Shown here piece by piece: positions 28,407 to 42,015 of a DNA stretch of 64,000 nucleotides. Position 1 is the stretch's first letter. Each line of letters begins with the position of its first letter. Both the position numbers and the translations under genes were made by a program. Location: contig CM052818.1 of the NCBI GenBank assembly GCA_028534125.1, positions 18,912,001 to 18,976,000 of the forward strand, written 5' to 3'. The stretch comes from Lama glama (taxonomy: Eukaryota). The notes beneath the pieces are model-generated. The model did not search any database. It saw nothing but the letters and a program-made list of their open reading frames with translations, and was not told where the DNA came from.

Positions 28407-31400
28407 TGGTTTTTATACTACAAGTTGCCACCCATTAATGGGTAATGAAATCAATTTAACAGATTGGTATCATCAATTTTCAAAAAATGAAATAGGCTAG
28501 AAAATATCAGAGGGCATCTCATGTTATAAGAATAGATATTATTTTGTGAACCTTTTCTTTCAGTAATATATATATGTATCATATCAATTAGAATATTGAT
28601 TTGGATGCTTTAACAAAGACCAAATAGTGAAGGCTTAGACAAGAAAGGTTTATTTTACTTTCATGTAAGTCTGAGCTTGTAGATTGTCCAAAACAGTAGG
28701 CAGCTCTGTTCCACACAGCCATGCAGGCACTCAGGTCCCTTCTATTTGATTGCCCCTCTGTCTCCTTGGTGTTGTCCTCATCTTCCTGGTTGTAGCCAGC
28801 TCATGGCCACCACATCTTCATTCCAGTCTGTTTGAAGGGATAAAAAGGAAGGTAAAGGAAAGCAACTTTCTTCTAAAGACATTATGGGGCCAATATCACT
28901 TCTGCTCCAATTCTAATGACTTCTCCTTAGCCCAGCAATCCCACCTAAGCAGACCTCTCTGTGGATAGATGAGGGCCTGGGAATCATAAGCATTCTTCTT
29001 CTCTCTGTATAAGTTTACCCAATAAGCCCTATTTTATATCCGCACTACAAAGCACTGCATATATGAATGCTGAGTCCTGTTATTGCAAGTTATGGTTTTA
29101 AAAAAGTTGAATATCTCTAGATAGTCTAGCTGATGATTAATGTCCAAGTGACAGAATTATAAATGCCTTTTCCAAATATTTCTGCTTGGCTTATTCTGCT
29201 AAAGACAATTAACTTTAAGATAATAATAGAGAATCAAATAAATGTTAGCTCTTATCCCCTAGGTCAGTTCTACAAATTGTAAAAATTGAGCAGCTATAAA
29301 CATTTTGCTGCATTTGCTTCATCACTCTCCATTGTATGCATTATTTTCCTGAATCATTTGACAGTTACAGATATAATGCTCTTTTACCTCCAAATGCTTC
29401 AGTGTGTGGTTCTTAAGGAAAAGGACATTCTCTTAAATAAGTGTAATAAAAGTATCTAATTAAAGAAATTTAACATTGATGCAGTACTATTATCTAATTA
29501 ACAGTTTATACTAAAATTTTGCAGAGTATCCTGATAATGTCCTTTATGCCAGTCACTCTTCTTCCTGTCCCTCCCCCTCCCACAACCCGTGCTTACCCAG
29601 GATTCAATCCAGGATCACAGATTATATTTAGTTATCATGTTTACCAAAAATTTTAGACCTGCACCTATCCCCACAGCCCTTAGACTCCTTTCTTTCCTGC
29701 TGATGTCTTTTTTAATACTGTACTTTGGCTATTTGTTTTCTTTTCATGGAGATGGTCAAGGATGACCTTAGGAATTGTAACCATGCTGTCAGATCAAGCC
29801 TTGAGTTACAGTCAATTCAAGCAGATTTTATTTTAATAGCTGTATAAGAGGTGGCTCCACAAGGCAGGAGAAGAATTCTGTGAAGTCCAAAGGTCCTTAG
29901 ACTTGCAAGAAAGATATTTACATATCCAAAGAGCCAAAGGAATACACAATGTGATAGACTTTCCCAGGTAGATTCGAGAATTAGGTAATAGTAACTTGAC
30001 CACACCCTTCTTTAAATTCCAGAGACAAGACTAAGCAAACAGGCTCAGACTAGCAACTGGGGCCATGAGAAGAATTCCCCTGGAGCCTGCAGCCCCAGGC
30101 CTCAAATCTCACCAGTATCTCCAGTCTATGAACAACTCTGTCGAAATTTGCAGGCAAGGGAAGGTCAAAATTACTTAAGATGACATTAGTTTCCTTAGTG
30201 TATTGAAAATGAAGATTTATAAATTATGTGTAGATATGAAATATATCAAATGAAAATATTAGAAATAATCTGTAAACTTTGGTACTTTAAGTATTAGTCA
30301 TGTTTAGAGGGCTTTAGACTATCTCACAGATTAATCACAGATTAATGTTATAGATATAATGTGAAATGAATTTAGACTTGTGATTTTAGGTTGGAATTTA
30401 CTAAGTTTGTAAACAGCATTAGAGCAGCCAAAAGAATGTAAGATTAATCATATTTATAAGTTTAATTTATTATTAGATTTATAAGACTTAAAGTCTTATT
30501 TAAAAGACATATTTATTAGTCAGAGAATGGTAGCTCTTTAAAGGAAGTAGAATACATTAAAAGTATCAATGCATTTGAAATATTTAAAGGGATTTAATTT
30601 ACTACATTTGTAAATAATATAAAACATAATCAAAGCCCAGTTCAGAGTGACTATTAAAGCTTGAATACTACACAGAATATTATAATCTGTAACCTGAACT
30701 TAAAGTTTAATAACTAGGTTTTAAATTTTGTAACCCCAATAACTTGAATATTAATTTTTAAAAATAAAGTAACTTTTGTGTAAACTTTTCAGTGCTCAGA
30801 AGCCATCCTCAGAGACACTGAAACCCCACATTTACAGAATTGGTCTCCTTGCTAATAACCAGTTGGTACATTGCCAGTGGGAGGCTTCAGGTGTGGCTGG
30901 CGGCCCCTGCCTGGATGCCCATTTTGGCTTGGCAGTGGCAGAAACTGCTCTCTCCTCATCCGCAGAAGAGTCAAACTGTGAAGAGCCCATAGGTTTCCCC
31001 ATCAGAATCATGGCCAGCTAGGGCCTTCATTATTAGGAGAATCTAGCCTTTGGAAATATTTTTACCTCTAACCTTCCTGAATGCCTTCCAGCTTGCCAAG
31101 TGGAGTATGTTTTATGATTTTAGTTATTTCTGACTGAGATAAAGCTAACTCAGACCTTTCCTGTCTTCTGTAGTATTTTTATTTTAGATACACATTTATT
31201 AAAAAGAGACACCTGCTTTTACCATTTTAGCTCTGCCTCTGTAAAATGATGTATATTTACTACTGCCTTACCTCAGAGAAATTCTCACCTGATTCTGTTC
31301 ACTCTCCCTTTGGCCTTCTTTTGATATGTCCATCCCACACAAGGTGTCCAAGTCCCTACTGAGTCTAGGCTGTTGGATGCAAGTGACGTATCTCTAGGGG

Positions 31401-31839
31401 ATGGGGGAGTGTGCATGGTACTGAGAGAAAAGCCTGGTCCTAAGATTCCTTCACATGCTGGTTCTTGGGGTGCTTCCTCCCATCTCCTGTGTCTCCCAGC
31501 CACCCCCTGTTCTCCATCCTCCAGCATTCCCGCCTCTTTCCAGCCTGTGGAAGTGGAATGCCACTCTGATTTAAACAGGTGTCCAAATCTTTATTTCTCC
31601 ACTTTGATTGACAGCCTCTTTGAGTCTTTGTTTCTGCCTCTGTGTGACTTGAGGAGGGAAAACTGCCCCTTGGGTACCAGTGAGAGAGTAAAGCAAAAAG
31701 GGAAATATTCAGAAATATAGAGATATGATGATCCTGCCTCACTGGAAATGATTGATTTTATTTCATCTCATCTTTTCCTTGTAAATGGAGAAAGGGAGTA
31801 TATGCTCAAGGAAGATGGGCAGGAAGACAAATTTTTCCC

Positions 31840-32065
31840 CAAAGTGCAAGGTCTGAGTCTGAGTTCTGCTTCACCACTTATTTGCTGTGTAACCACAAGT
31901 AAGACATCAACATTTCTAAGCCTCAATTTCCTATCAGTAAAATGGGATTTTAAAAAATTATACTTGATTCATAGGGTTGTTGTGAAGGCTAAGGAGAAAT
32001 TGCTTGTAAAATACTTAGACTAGTACCTGGCACAGAGTAAATCTTCAATAAGCCTTAACTATTAG
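31840..32065 (+). mobile_element. MIR SINE
   Basis: ctaagcctcaatttcctatcagtaaaatggga...catagggttgttgtgaaggctaa...tagtacctggcacagagtaa. Confidence 0.88.
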
Positions 32066-35000
32066 TCATTATCAGCATCATGACTATTGGCTCTATGCTC
32101 TAGTGGGCCAGGAAAGACTGATGATACCATGTTAAAATTTCATCCAGAAGATGCAAGATGCCTGCAAGTCAAATTATCCATCTACAGGATAGCCACAAGC
32201 CTAGTCCTAAATAACTGCCTGGGGGAATTTCAAGAGCTGTGCCCTCACTGTGATTCCAAGAAAACTAAGGACAGAATGTCTGATGCACACTTTGTATTGT
32301 CTCTCTATTTTTAACAACAAACTCCCAAAGTGAAGATCAAAAGGCATCTTACTTTATATAATAGATGGGTCCCTGAAAAGTTAAAAACTTAAAAAATTTC
32401 AACTCAATACAAAATGCCTGATACATCTGCTTCCACTTCTGAGATCATTAAGTTTAATCCCCTTCTTATACAGAAATCTCTCCATTACATAAAGCTCCAA
32501 TGATAAATCATTTTGTAAAGTGAAGAATTCCATCCCTGGTCTTCATTATCATATTTTCCTAAAGAGAAAAAAAAGTCTTTCCTGTCCAATAAATGGTTAA
32601 CACCAGATGACATGTGTGTTCTTTATCCATATTCCTTAGAAGGAGATTAATTCAGTTGCCAGAGTTTGTCTTTTCCGCATTTTCCCCAGAGCCATAGGTT
32701 AAGTTTTTGGCTTTGTAGATAGTTGCAAAGATCCTTTTTTCTTTCTTTCTTTTTGTTAAAAGACAATCCCCTTCCAACACCACCCCCACCCAGCCACTGA
32801 ACACCCAACAACAACAGTAATGTCTCCTGAAACACTTTACATGCCTCTTTGTTCTTCCCTTTTTCCTGAACTCAGTTTCTATTATATCAATATTTTACAT
32901 TATTTGAGAAGAAGCAGTTCAGTGCCACTCTGAACCAAGGAGGGGAAAAGTGCTTATACACTAGAGGAGTATGAACTGCTGCACCAAAAATACTGGTGAT
33001 TATGAAGTCAGCTTCCTGCAGGCCCAGTGCCTGGAGCCAACAGTGTAAATTCTTGCCAGTATAAAGCTTCTCTGCAAAGGGATTAATCCTGTAGAGGCTG
33101 CGGGTACTGGAGGAGCATTTTGCTAAGACAGAAATCCTTTAAGTTAATTAGTGTTTTGAAAAAGCCAACATAAAACTGTAACAATCATGGTCAAGAAGAG
33201 GGCTTGACTTCTGTTTTCTCCTGGGTCAAAAGGGAGGGAACAAAAGCCTGGTTGAGAGAGAAGCCTCACTGTCTTATCAGATCCACTGCAGAACAGAGGC
33301 ACTAAGTCAGTGGATATGAATGTAAGCTCCTCTGAATTTCTGGGCAGACCATCTTTCTTTGGTGCAAATCAATTAAAGCAAATATTTACTGAGTACGTAC
33401 TGAGTGCAAAGTTCTGTGCTTAACAAATTATATTGAAATTTCAGAGATGCATTTTCCTTATTCTCAATAGACGTTTAATGGAAGTTATGTCTTAATGCTT
33501 TAAGCTACTTTGTGTATAACTCCTTAAACTTCTGCTGTATGTGTCAAGTGGTTATTCTTAAACATTTCTATGACTCTGTATATTTGGACAGTCCTTGGTT
33601 TTGGGACACTCAACTTTTATCAACCTGCCCCTTGATTTATTTTTTTACATTGATACTCCTAAACTACCTTATTAAATGGAAACCTTCCTTTATTAGCTGA
33701 TAAATGAGCATTTAAATTTCTGCATTCACTGCTAGCTGATCAATGGCTTAATTCTGACAGTCTTTATCTTTGCATGTCCAGTGCTGTTTTGCAATTATTT
33801 GAATACTTTCTTTTGCATTTTGCTCTTATTTTATAAATTAAGTGCCAAGTCGGGGGGAAAAAAGAGTGAAAAGAAAAGTAGAGCTCAAAAACAACACAAT
33901 GGAAAAAGATGGAAATTATTAGGAATACTAAAAGCAAAACATTTTTAGCTTCAATTGAATGTCTATTGATGTTAAGCCAAAATTTTGTATGTTTGGGAAA
34001 AACAAAACTAAACAACATGCATGAAAGTTGGAAATAATTTGAAATTGCATCTAAAGAGAAAGGTATAATTAAATATTTTACCATTTTTCTGGCTTTCTGC
34101 AAACAAACTTTCCCTTATAACATATAAGATGACTCAACTTTCTAATATTCAACTTGTGTACATAGATTTTAGGTGTGCTATGTCTACATGGAGAAGATTG
34201 CCTACAAAGAACCCTGCCTGTGAATCTTTTGTAGAACAAAGGAATCATTTTAACAAATGAAAAGTCTTGGGTGGAATAAGTACCAAGTTTGCTCCTTGTT
34301 CCTCCTGAAACCCAGGTCAAATGTGCTATTAAAAAAAAACAAAAAAAGCCATAAGAGCAAAGAGAATGGGAGGGACAGGCCACTCACAGATAAGAGTTTT
34401 CAAGAGCTTTCTGAAAGAGGAGAAGAGTACTGACAAAGGAAACTTGTAGAAAAAGGAGAGTAGAAAGCAGGAGCTGCTCCAAGACAAGGGCCCTTCCTGT
34501 GTTTTGTAAAATCTTAAGTGAATTGAAGAGACTTTGCAAAGTGTCTTTAATGGCAGTAAAATAAGTGGGTGGAGGGTAGGGAGTGATTTTTTTCCGAATA
34601 AGATGAGGTCAAGTGATCAAACCTTAGTTGATGCAGGGATGGGGGTGGGTGGCGGGGGGACAAAGACTCCCTCTGGCCTTAAGGAGAGAGCAAGGCCAGA
34701 AAGGCAGAGGGTTACTGCCATGGTGCCCCTAAGTTGACTGAGCCCAGAGCACCAGGGTCCTCACGCTGGGTGAAGAGTCCTGTACTCCTGGCATAAAAGC
34801 AGAAAGCCACTGAACCTTCTAGAACCACGTTTTCCAGCCGGAACAGAGGTTTCCAATGCTGACTGCAGTCACTATGCAACCCCACTGTGAGCCATGTCCA
34901 GAATCTGATACAATTGTATTGGAAGAAAATAAAGAAAGAGACATTTCTTTCACATGTGAGTCTTTTGTTAAGATCTACAACCTCTACATTAAGAGGAGCA

Positions 35001-35209
35001 GGAGGACTTGTGGTTGTACCTTGGAAAATAGTAATTTTGAGTATCCTGTAAACCCATGAGACAGCCTAAAATTTAAAGAAGTAAGTAATTGTCTGTTATG
35101 CTTAGAACCAGCTTGCCTTCCAGAAACTTTTCCTTTCCCTATAAGCACCACCTTTCACTGCTAGATATGGTGGAGTTCTCTCTGAGTTTCCTGCTATAAA
35201 TCACATATT

Positions 35210-35500
35210 TGTCAGGAAGGAAGAAGTTTTCCTCTACTCTTCTAGGTTCTTCTGGCTGGTCTAGAATTGAATTGACATGAAACAGACTAACAAGAGAAAA
35301 TTAAACAAAACTTTAATAATATGTATACATGGGAGAGACCCAAGAAAACTGAGATACTCACCAAAATGACTCAAGCCCTCACCTTAAATACCAGAATTTG
35401 CTAAAGACAGACGAGGATGCTGGGGGTAGCGGCTTGAGACTTCAGAGGGGAGAAAGGCAATTCACATGAAAATGGAAAAGCAAATGGAAAAGAGTATTCA
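35210..35500 (-). mobile_element. ERV1-class LTR fragment (relatively young-looking)
   Basis: ttttcctctactcttctaggttcttctggctgg...aacagactaacaagagaaaa...tttaataatatgtatacatgggagagacccaagaaaactgag resembles antisense MER4/MER41-group LTRs. Confidence 0.6.
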
Positions 35501-35968
35501 CAAATGTAACAGGGTCATCAAATGGTCTCCCCACACTTTCAGATTGCTAGCTAATTGAGTTGGCAATAAGGAACAGAAGAAAGAGGATCAGATTAGCAAT
35601 TAGGATCTTGGATATGTTGAAGCAAGCCCGTCTGGATCAGAGATTTCCCCACTGTGCCCTGAGGATCTCTAGGGGTTTCACAGAGACACCCCTCCCCATT
35701 CCCACTCAAAATGCCACCTAGGGGTGGGAATGGAAAGGTCAGGTGGCCAGGACCGAAGCTTGCCATCTCTCCCAACCAAAGCAGTTTGCATTTTTCTGTT
35801 TTCCATTTTGGATTTTCACTCTGAAGAATGGGTTGTGCTGCTAAAAGAAATTTGAAAATTGCTGGATTAGATTATCTCTAAGGTCCCCCAGAGCTCACAC
35901 TTCATACCTCACACTCATTTATTCATTTTATCTCCCTTTACATTGTACCTCTGGGACTTGTGAATAGG

Positions 35969-36418
35969 GAGGATCAGCTATATAACTTGCAGGGCCCAAG
36001 GCAGAAAAAAAAAAAAAAAAAGCCATTCAAGGTACTAAAACATAAAACTTTTTCCTTTTTGGGAAAAAAGGTCTTTCTCTTGACTTGTCATGGTGTTTTT
36101 ATTTGCTCTTTATGTCATTCTAAGTAAAGAGAAAATAAAATTTTAAATTATTAGCATAAAATTTACCATTTGGTTTTACATTGGGCAGTGCCAGCTTCAG
36201 ATGTAAATATAAGAGCACTTATATAATTTGTATTTCATAGCTTATGCATGCATATATATTTTGTTCTGATCAGAACATGGAAGCACTGCACAAAACTAAA
36301 TCAACTGTTTTTATTTCGTATCTTTTTTGCCCCTTATATATTTTTGTTAATTAAAGGATAGTTGGTTTACAATGTTGTGTTAGTTTCTGGTGTATAGCAT
36401 GGTGATTCAGTCAGATAC

Positions 36419-36456
<38 letters not shown>

Positions 36457-37230
36457 TATATATACATATTATTTTTCATTATGAATATTATAAGGTATTG
36501 AATATAGTTCCCTGTGCTGTACTGTGGGCACTTGTTGTTTATATTTCACATCTTCATGCGCACACATTCTACCAACACTCTCTACCCTCTACTGATAAAT
36601 AAGAAAGGACTGAGAAGAGGAGCTAGGATTGCCCTGTCTTTTCCTTTCCTTCTATGTTGTCATTTTCAGCAGTAGTAGTTAGCTAATTCAAGAAGTAGCA
36701 GGAGTAAGAAAGGATATAATTGGGCTCCTTGGTGGTTGGTATTTCTTAGACCATCATTATCTTCTTTCTGTGTTCAGAGCAGGTTCTGATAGCCACTTGG
36801 GGATCTGAGCACCCCTGCTTACTTAGTCCTAGGCATAACATGCTTACCTTGTTCTCTCTTTGAGTCTCACTGAACTCCCAAGCATTGTGGGTCCACTGGG
36901 ATTCTGTGCTCATGAGGTCTTGTGAATGCTGTATGCGGAGGATGTAGTAAGGAACAGCAGTGGACATGCATACTGGATGTATCTCCTCTGTTCAAACACA
37001 TGTCCCGTTGTCCCACTGGACTTCATTTAAGAATACAAGTTCAAAGGTAAAATTATGAAGAATTTCAAAACATTGACACAACATTGTAAAATGACTATAT
37101 TCAACAAAAAAAAAGCAAAAAAAAAAAAATTCAAAACAGCAGCAGCAAAGCATTAAAGCCCAAGGGTGGGGCCCTTCTGACCAGGGACCCTGTTTGACTA
37201 TACAGGTAACACACACAGAGCCTGGTCCTG
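35969..37230. mobile_element. MER45-family hAT-Tip100 element carrying two nested L1 3' ends
   Basis: Ends aggatcagctatataacttgcagggcccaag and gggcccttctgaccagggaccctg...cctggtcctg resemble MER45 termini. Confidence 0.75.
36335..36541 (-). mobile_element. Young 5'-truncated L1 3' end with (TA)n
   Basis: atagttggtttacaatgttgtgttagtttctggtgtatagcatggtgattcag...ttgaatatagttccctgtgctgtac; flanks tatttcgtatctt / tatttcacatctt look like a TSD. Confidence 0.85.
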
Positions 37231-37299
37231 TGACTGAGAATGGAGCATGAACATTTTGATAGGCAAGTACTTTCTTCTTTGAATATGTCAGTGGAAATA

Positions 37300-37685
37300 G
37301 TTATAGTCGGCATTACTACTGTTCACCAATATCCACTTCTCTTCTCCTTCTAAGCTCAACCCACCTTGAAGAATGTCCATGTGACTTTTGTTAATAAAAT
37401 GTGTGTGTGCAAAGTGACATATGTCTCTTCTGGGCAAAAAGCACTTAAGAGCTGGTGTGGGATTAATTATTTATCTTACTTTTCCCATCACAGTGGCCAA
37501 CACTATCCAGATGGTGGAATCCCTACCAACCTGGGTCCCTGAGTGAGAATAATGTAAAGCTGAACCTCCACCCACCCTCTTCCCTCCTGCCAACCCAGAG
37601 TGGACATGAAGTGAGAGCAGGAAATAAACTTTTATCATAAAAATTTGGAGGTTGTTTGCTATTGTCCAGACTAATCATGTCATTA
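37300..37685 (+). mobile_element. Old MaLR LTR (MLT1I/J-like)
   Basis: aagtgacatatgtctcttctgggc...cctgggtccctgagtga...gtggacatgaagtgagagcaggaaataaacttt. Confidence 0.75.
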
Positions 37686-40479
37686 CTGTTTGCATTCCAC
37701 TTCCAAAATTTAGCATTCATAACTATACCACAGCTTAAAATTATCTTCAAAATAAGCATAAAATGTATGTTAAAACCCCAAATCTATAGCTTTTGAAAGC
37801 GGTGACAGTCTTTTCCCTTGAAATACTAGTTTCCTTTGGTAAATTTTGTATTTGCTGAGTATTTAATCATCATCAATTTTTATATGTGCATTGTTTGAAG
37901 GGCAAAACACAAGGGTAAAGTTCTGAAGGTTGAACCTCATTTTCCTTTGTATCCAGGGATTCCCTCTGATATCCCAGACTCTCTGTAATGTCCCAAAGTC
38001 TATAATTATGCTACTGGTCAAAGCCTTTTCTTTTTAGCAAACTTCAATGAATAGAAAAGGTAATAACTCTACTGAATCTTTTCCCTTGCATCACCTCCAG
38101 AAGTGGAGTAATCAGGACAGATATTTTCCTCAAGAAGAATACAAAGAAAAAACAAAAGACCTGGACAACCAGGGCCTGAATAACTCTGTATACCTGAAAT
38201 TTTCCCCAAAATGCCACATATTATGGTGATTTTACAATTCATATGAAACTCCTCTTCTTTCTCTGACCTCTGAAAGAAAACAAACTCCATCACTGGGGAG
38301 AGCTACTTATAAGAAGGCTAGAACATGGAAAACTTATTTTTAAAGCAACTATAAAAACTGGCACCAGAGATACTTGCTGGATTCTCTCGCATTCAGAATT
38401 AATGCTCTGAGGAGAGGAAAAGCCAATGAATGCAAAGGTCTGAGCAGCAAATTAACAATTCTCATGTCAGCCTTGATATTTGATGTCAGATAAATTTAAG
38501 TGAACTAACTCTCCAATTTCTTTCTTAGAGCAAATATAAAATCTGTTCCTCTATTGACTTTAATAGGGGAAAAATACCCTGCATTATGGAAAATGCTAAC
38601 TCTGAGATTCAGTTATTTGAAGATTCAGAGAATTTCAAGTAAACTCAGTATGTTTGGAAATGCCTGGCAACTGGCATTTGTAGACTTAATGTTTTCTGGC
38701 TTGAGTATCTTTGGGTGACCCTGAAGTTTCATTATGGGCAGAACCTTGCAATTTTGTGAGAGCACGAATGTGAATAGATTGCCACAAGTTTGGGGTATCC
38801 AAGTCACTGCACTAATTCAGGAGGTGTGCCCAGCCTGCTGCGCAGCAGCCTCATGTCAGTGCAGTCATGCTGTTCTTCATCAGCTGCATATGCAGTAAAC
38901 CCCAGCAGGTATAAAAATTCTCTTTTTGTGTGTGAAAAGAGCCCTGCAATGAAAAATAGTCTTTAGTCCTAACGTTGGAGAGAAGGTGACAAATCTAAGA
39001 AAGTGAGTGTTCTTAGGCAAAAAATAATTTGGGGGTAATTATAGCCCATTGTCAAAATCTCTTTTGTTTGAGATTGATAAATTATATGATGAGTCTCCCA
39101 TGCACTCTCTAAAGAGAGAGAATTCTGTTTATGAGACTTAGCAACTTCTGGGCCAAGGCACAACTACTTTTCAAGTGAGAAATAGAACAATAGAACTTCA
39201 GTGACATATGAAAAGCCTTTAACTAGTAGCCGAGGATGCACTGAGAATAATTTCCTTTCACAGAAATGGGACTTAAGAGAAGGTCTGTAGATCTGTAGGT
39301 GCATCTCTATGAAGCAATAGTTGGTGTAGCTTCTACAGCTGCAATTAAAGCACCAAAACTAAAAGTTGGTTCAATAATCTGCATAATGTGATAATAACAG
39401 GGAAGGTGGCTTCAGCTGACCTTCCTCTCAAGCTGAAGAAACTCATACTGGAAACATGCCCTAGCACAGAAGAGTTCAACTCACAGGAAGTCTGCCTGTA
39501 TTCAAAGACAGTTACTTTGTTTCAGCAATAGATTTAGTGTTATCTTTATGCCAGGAAATGGATAGAGTTGCAAAGGACACAAAAGGTAGTTGTCAATCAT
39601 ATTGTTCTTAAAGGAAGCACTTACAACATTAAAAATCCCTTCTAAGGTGGGTCTTTGGCTCTCTGCTTTCATTATCTTCCTCTATAATCCCCTTCCCTCA
39701 CATCTCCTAACTCTGATGCTCTGAATAATATATTAGAAGGACAGAAGGACCCTACTGATCTCCCATGACTTGTCATTCTCTACTCACAACACTTTTGAGT
39801 TTGAGCAACTGCAGTTACATCAGCGTAGACAGAATTTTGCTTTCAGACTGTGTTTATAGTTAATATTACTTCAATCATTCTGTAAGGTAGGATAGTTTTA
39901 CTTTGTTTATTTTAATAGTTTTATAAAAGATTCTAATTCTGTATTTATAAGCTCTTTGAAAGTTTGAAGGAACTTAAAACTTCAGTAATAATTGCTGCAA
40001 TTTATGGAGCAAATTGAATCTTGTACTAATATTTGAAAATTTGTTTATTCACAACAAAGTCGTGACTTTACACATCTGGACAGATATCAAGGGTTTATGT
40101 TTTCTGTTTATACAATTAATCATTTACACATAGGTACTCTGCTTCATTCTGTATATTTTAAAAAACATTCTCAGTTTATATAACATGTAATTTTCAAGTA
40201 ACAAAAAGATTTACAAAGATGCAGGAGAGAGTCAATTTAAATCAAGTGTAACAGCTCTGCAGCTTTGTGCCTCTAAGCCTAATAGAACATGAGGGACTTG
40301 GAAATTGTCACTGTTTGAAAGTTAGTCTTGTAAAGAAAATACATAACAGATGGAAGTTCTGAAGAAGTTGTCTTACAAGACAGACTGTCTTCCAAGTCAA
40401 AAATAGAAAATAACTGAAAATCTAATAAATATTTGCCCCAAAGTCAAAAAAGCTGTAGCTTAATCACCAATGTTATTAT

Positions 40480-41980
40480 ACCTACAGAAAACACATCAAT
40501 TTCCAGCAGTATGGCAAACTAGGTAACCTGACCAACCCTTCAGGTGAAGATGAATAAAACATAGTAAAATTTATAACCATCTTTTAAAATGTATTAGTGA
40601 TCTAGCAAGGAAATAAGGAATACTCAGGCCAAAAACTAAGTGAAAGAAAGGGAAAAAAACTCAGAGATATAAGCTGAGCAATAAAATTGATTTTTTTTTT
40701 CTTTGAGGGCATTTGCTCAACTGGGTAAACCTGAACTTTGGTTTTTATGGCTTTATAAGTACTGGAGATAAGAGACAAAGTCCAGGACCTCAAGGGTTGA
40801 TAGTTGTGGGGGCATCTATTGTGAGACCTAATGTAATTAGGACCTTACTAGCCTCAACCTTACTCTAGTGTAAGAGAAGCAAGCAAGAAACCTACCTACC
40901 CTATCCCAGAAGACTGCAAGGAGAATTCACTGCCTCAAACCTTATTACTAAATAAAAAGTGCAAACAAAAACCTCACTTAAGAATTTGCAACCAAACAAA
41001 TAGACTTAATAGCCTGAGTTTACTTTATCCAGAAGGTCAAGGTGAGAACTTAGCTTAAAATAGTCTTAGACAGAATGTACCCTCAGGCACCTGGCAGAAA
41101 GAAACCTACCTTCATTCCAAGCTTCAAAGAGTTCCCTGAGATAAGATTTCATAAAATATAACATATAATCAAAAATTACAACATATAAAAGAAAGCACAA
41201 TATTTCGACCAAAAGCCAGCAGAAACTAGAGTTAGTACAATCAGATCACCAAAGACTTCAGATACAGTAACTATCAGAAATGTAATGTGAAATTTTGAAA
41301 AAGATATGGGGAAAAAATGAGTAAAGAACAATAATATGAGGAATGACTAAACACATTAAAGAAAGAACCAAATAAACCTTATAGAAAGGAAATTTGGAAA
41401 CTGAAATTATAAATCAAATGAATGGGTTTAACAAGCAGATTAGATACAAATAAAGAATTAGTGAAGCAAAAGGTAGGTAAAAGTTTATGAAAAATTTTGT
41501 ATAAATAAACAAAGATATGAAAAATACAAAATAGAAAGAGACATGGAGCAAGACAAAGTGAGAAGGTCTAAAATGTACCTAAATAGAGTTCCACAATGTG
41601 ATGGTCAGTTTTATGTGCCAAGTTGGCTGGGCCATGGTATCCAGATATTTGATCAAACATTATTCTAGTTATTTCTGTACAGGTATTCTTAAGATCAGAT
41701 AAACATTTGAATCAGTAGACTTTGAGTGAAGCAGATTACTCCCTATTATGGGGATAAGCCTCATCAAATCAGTTGAAAGCCCTAACAGAAAAAGACCAAT
41801 CTCTTCAAGCAAGAAGGAATTCCAATAGCAGACAGCCTTTGGACACAGACTGCAACTCTTCCCTGGGTCTCCAGCCTGCTGGCCTATGCTGTAGGTTTTG
41901 TACTTGCCAAGCCTTTACGATCACATGAGCCAATATTTTAAAATAAATCTCTCTCTCTACACACACACACACACACACAT

Positions 41981-42015
<35 letters not shown>

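Noticed and set aside
38047..38229. Hydrophilic 60 aa ORF after a pyrimidine tract and AG
   Set aside because: No recognisable homology and no convincing exon structure.
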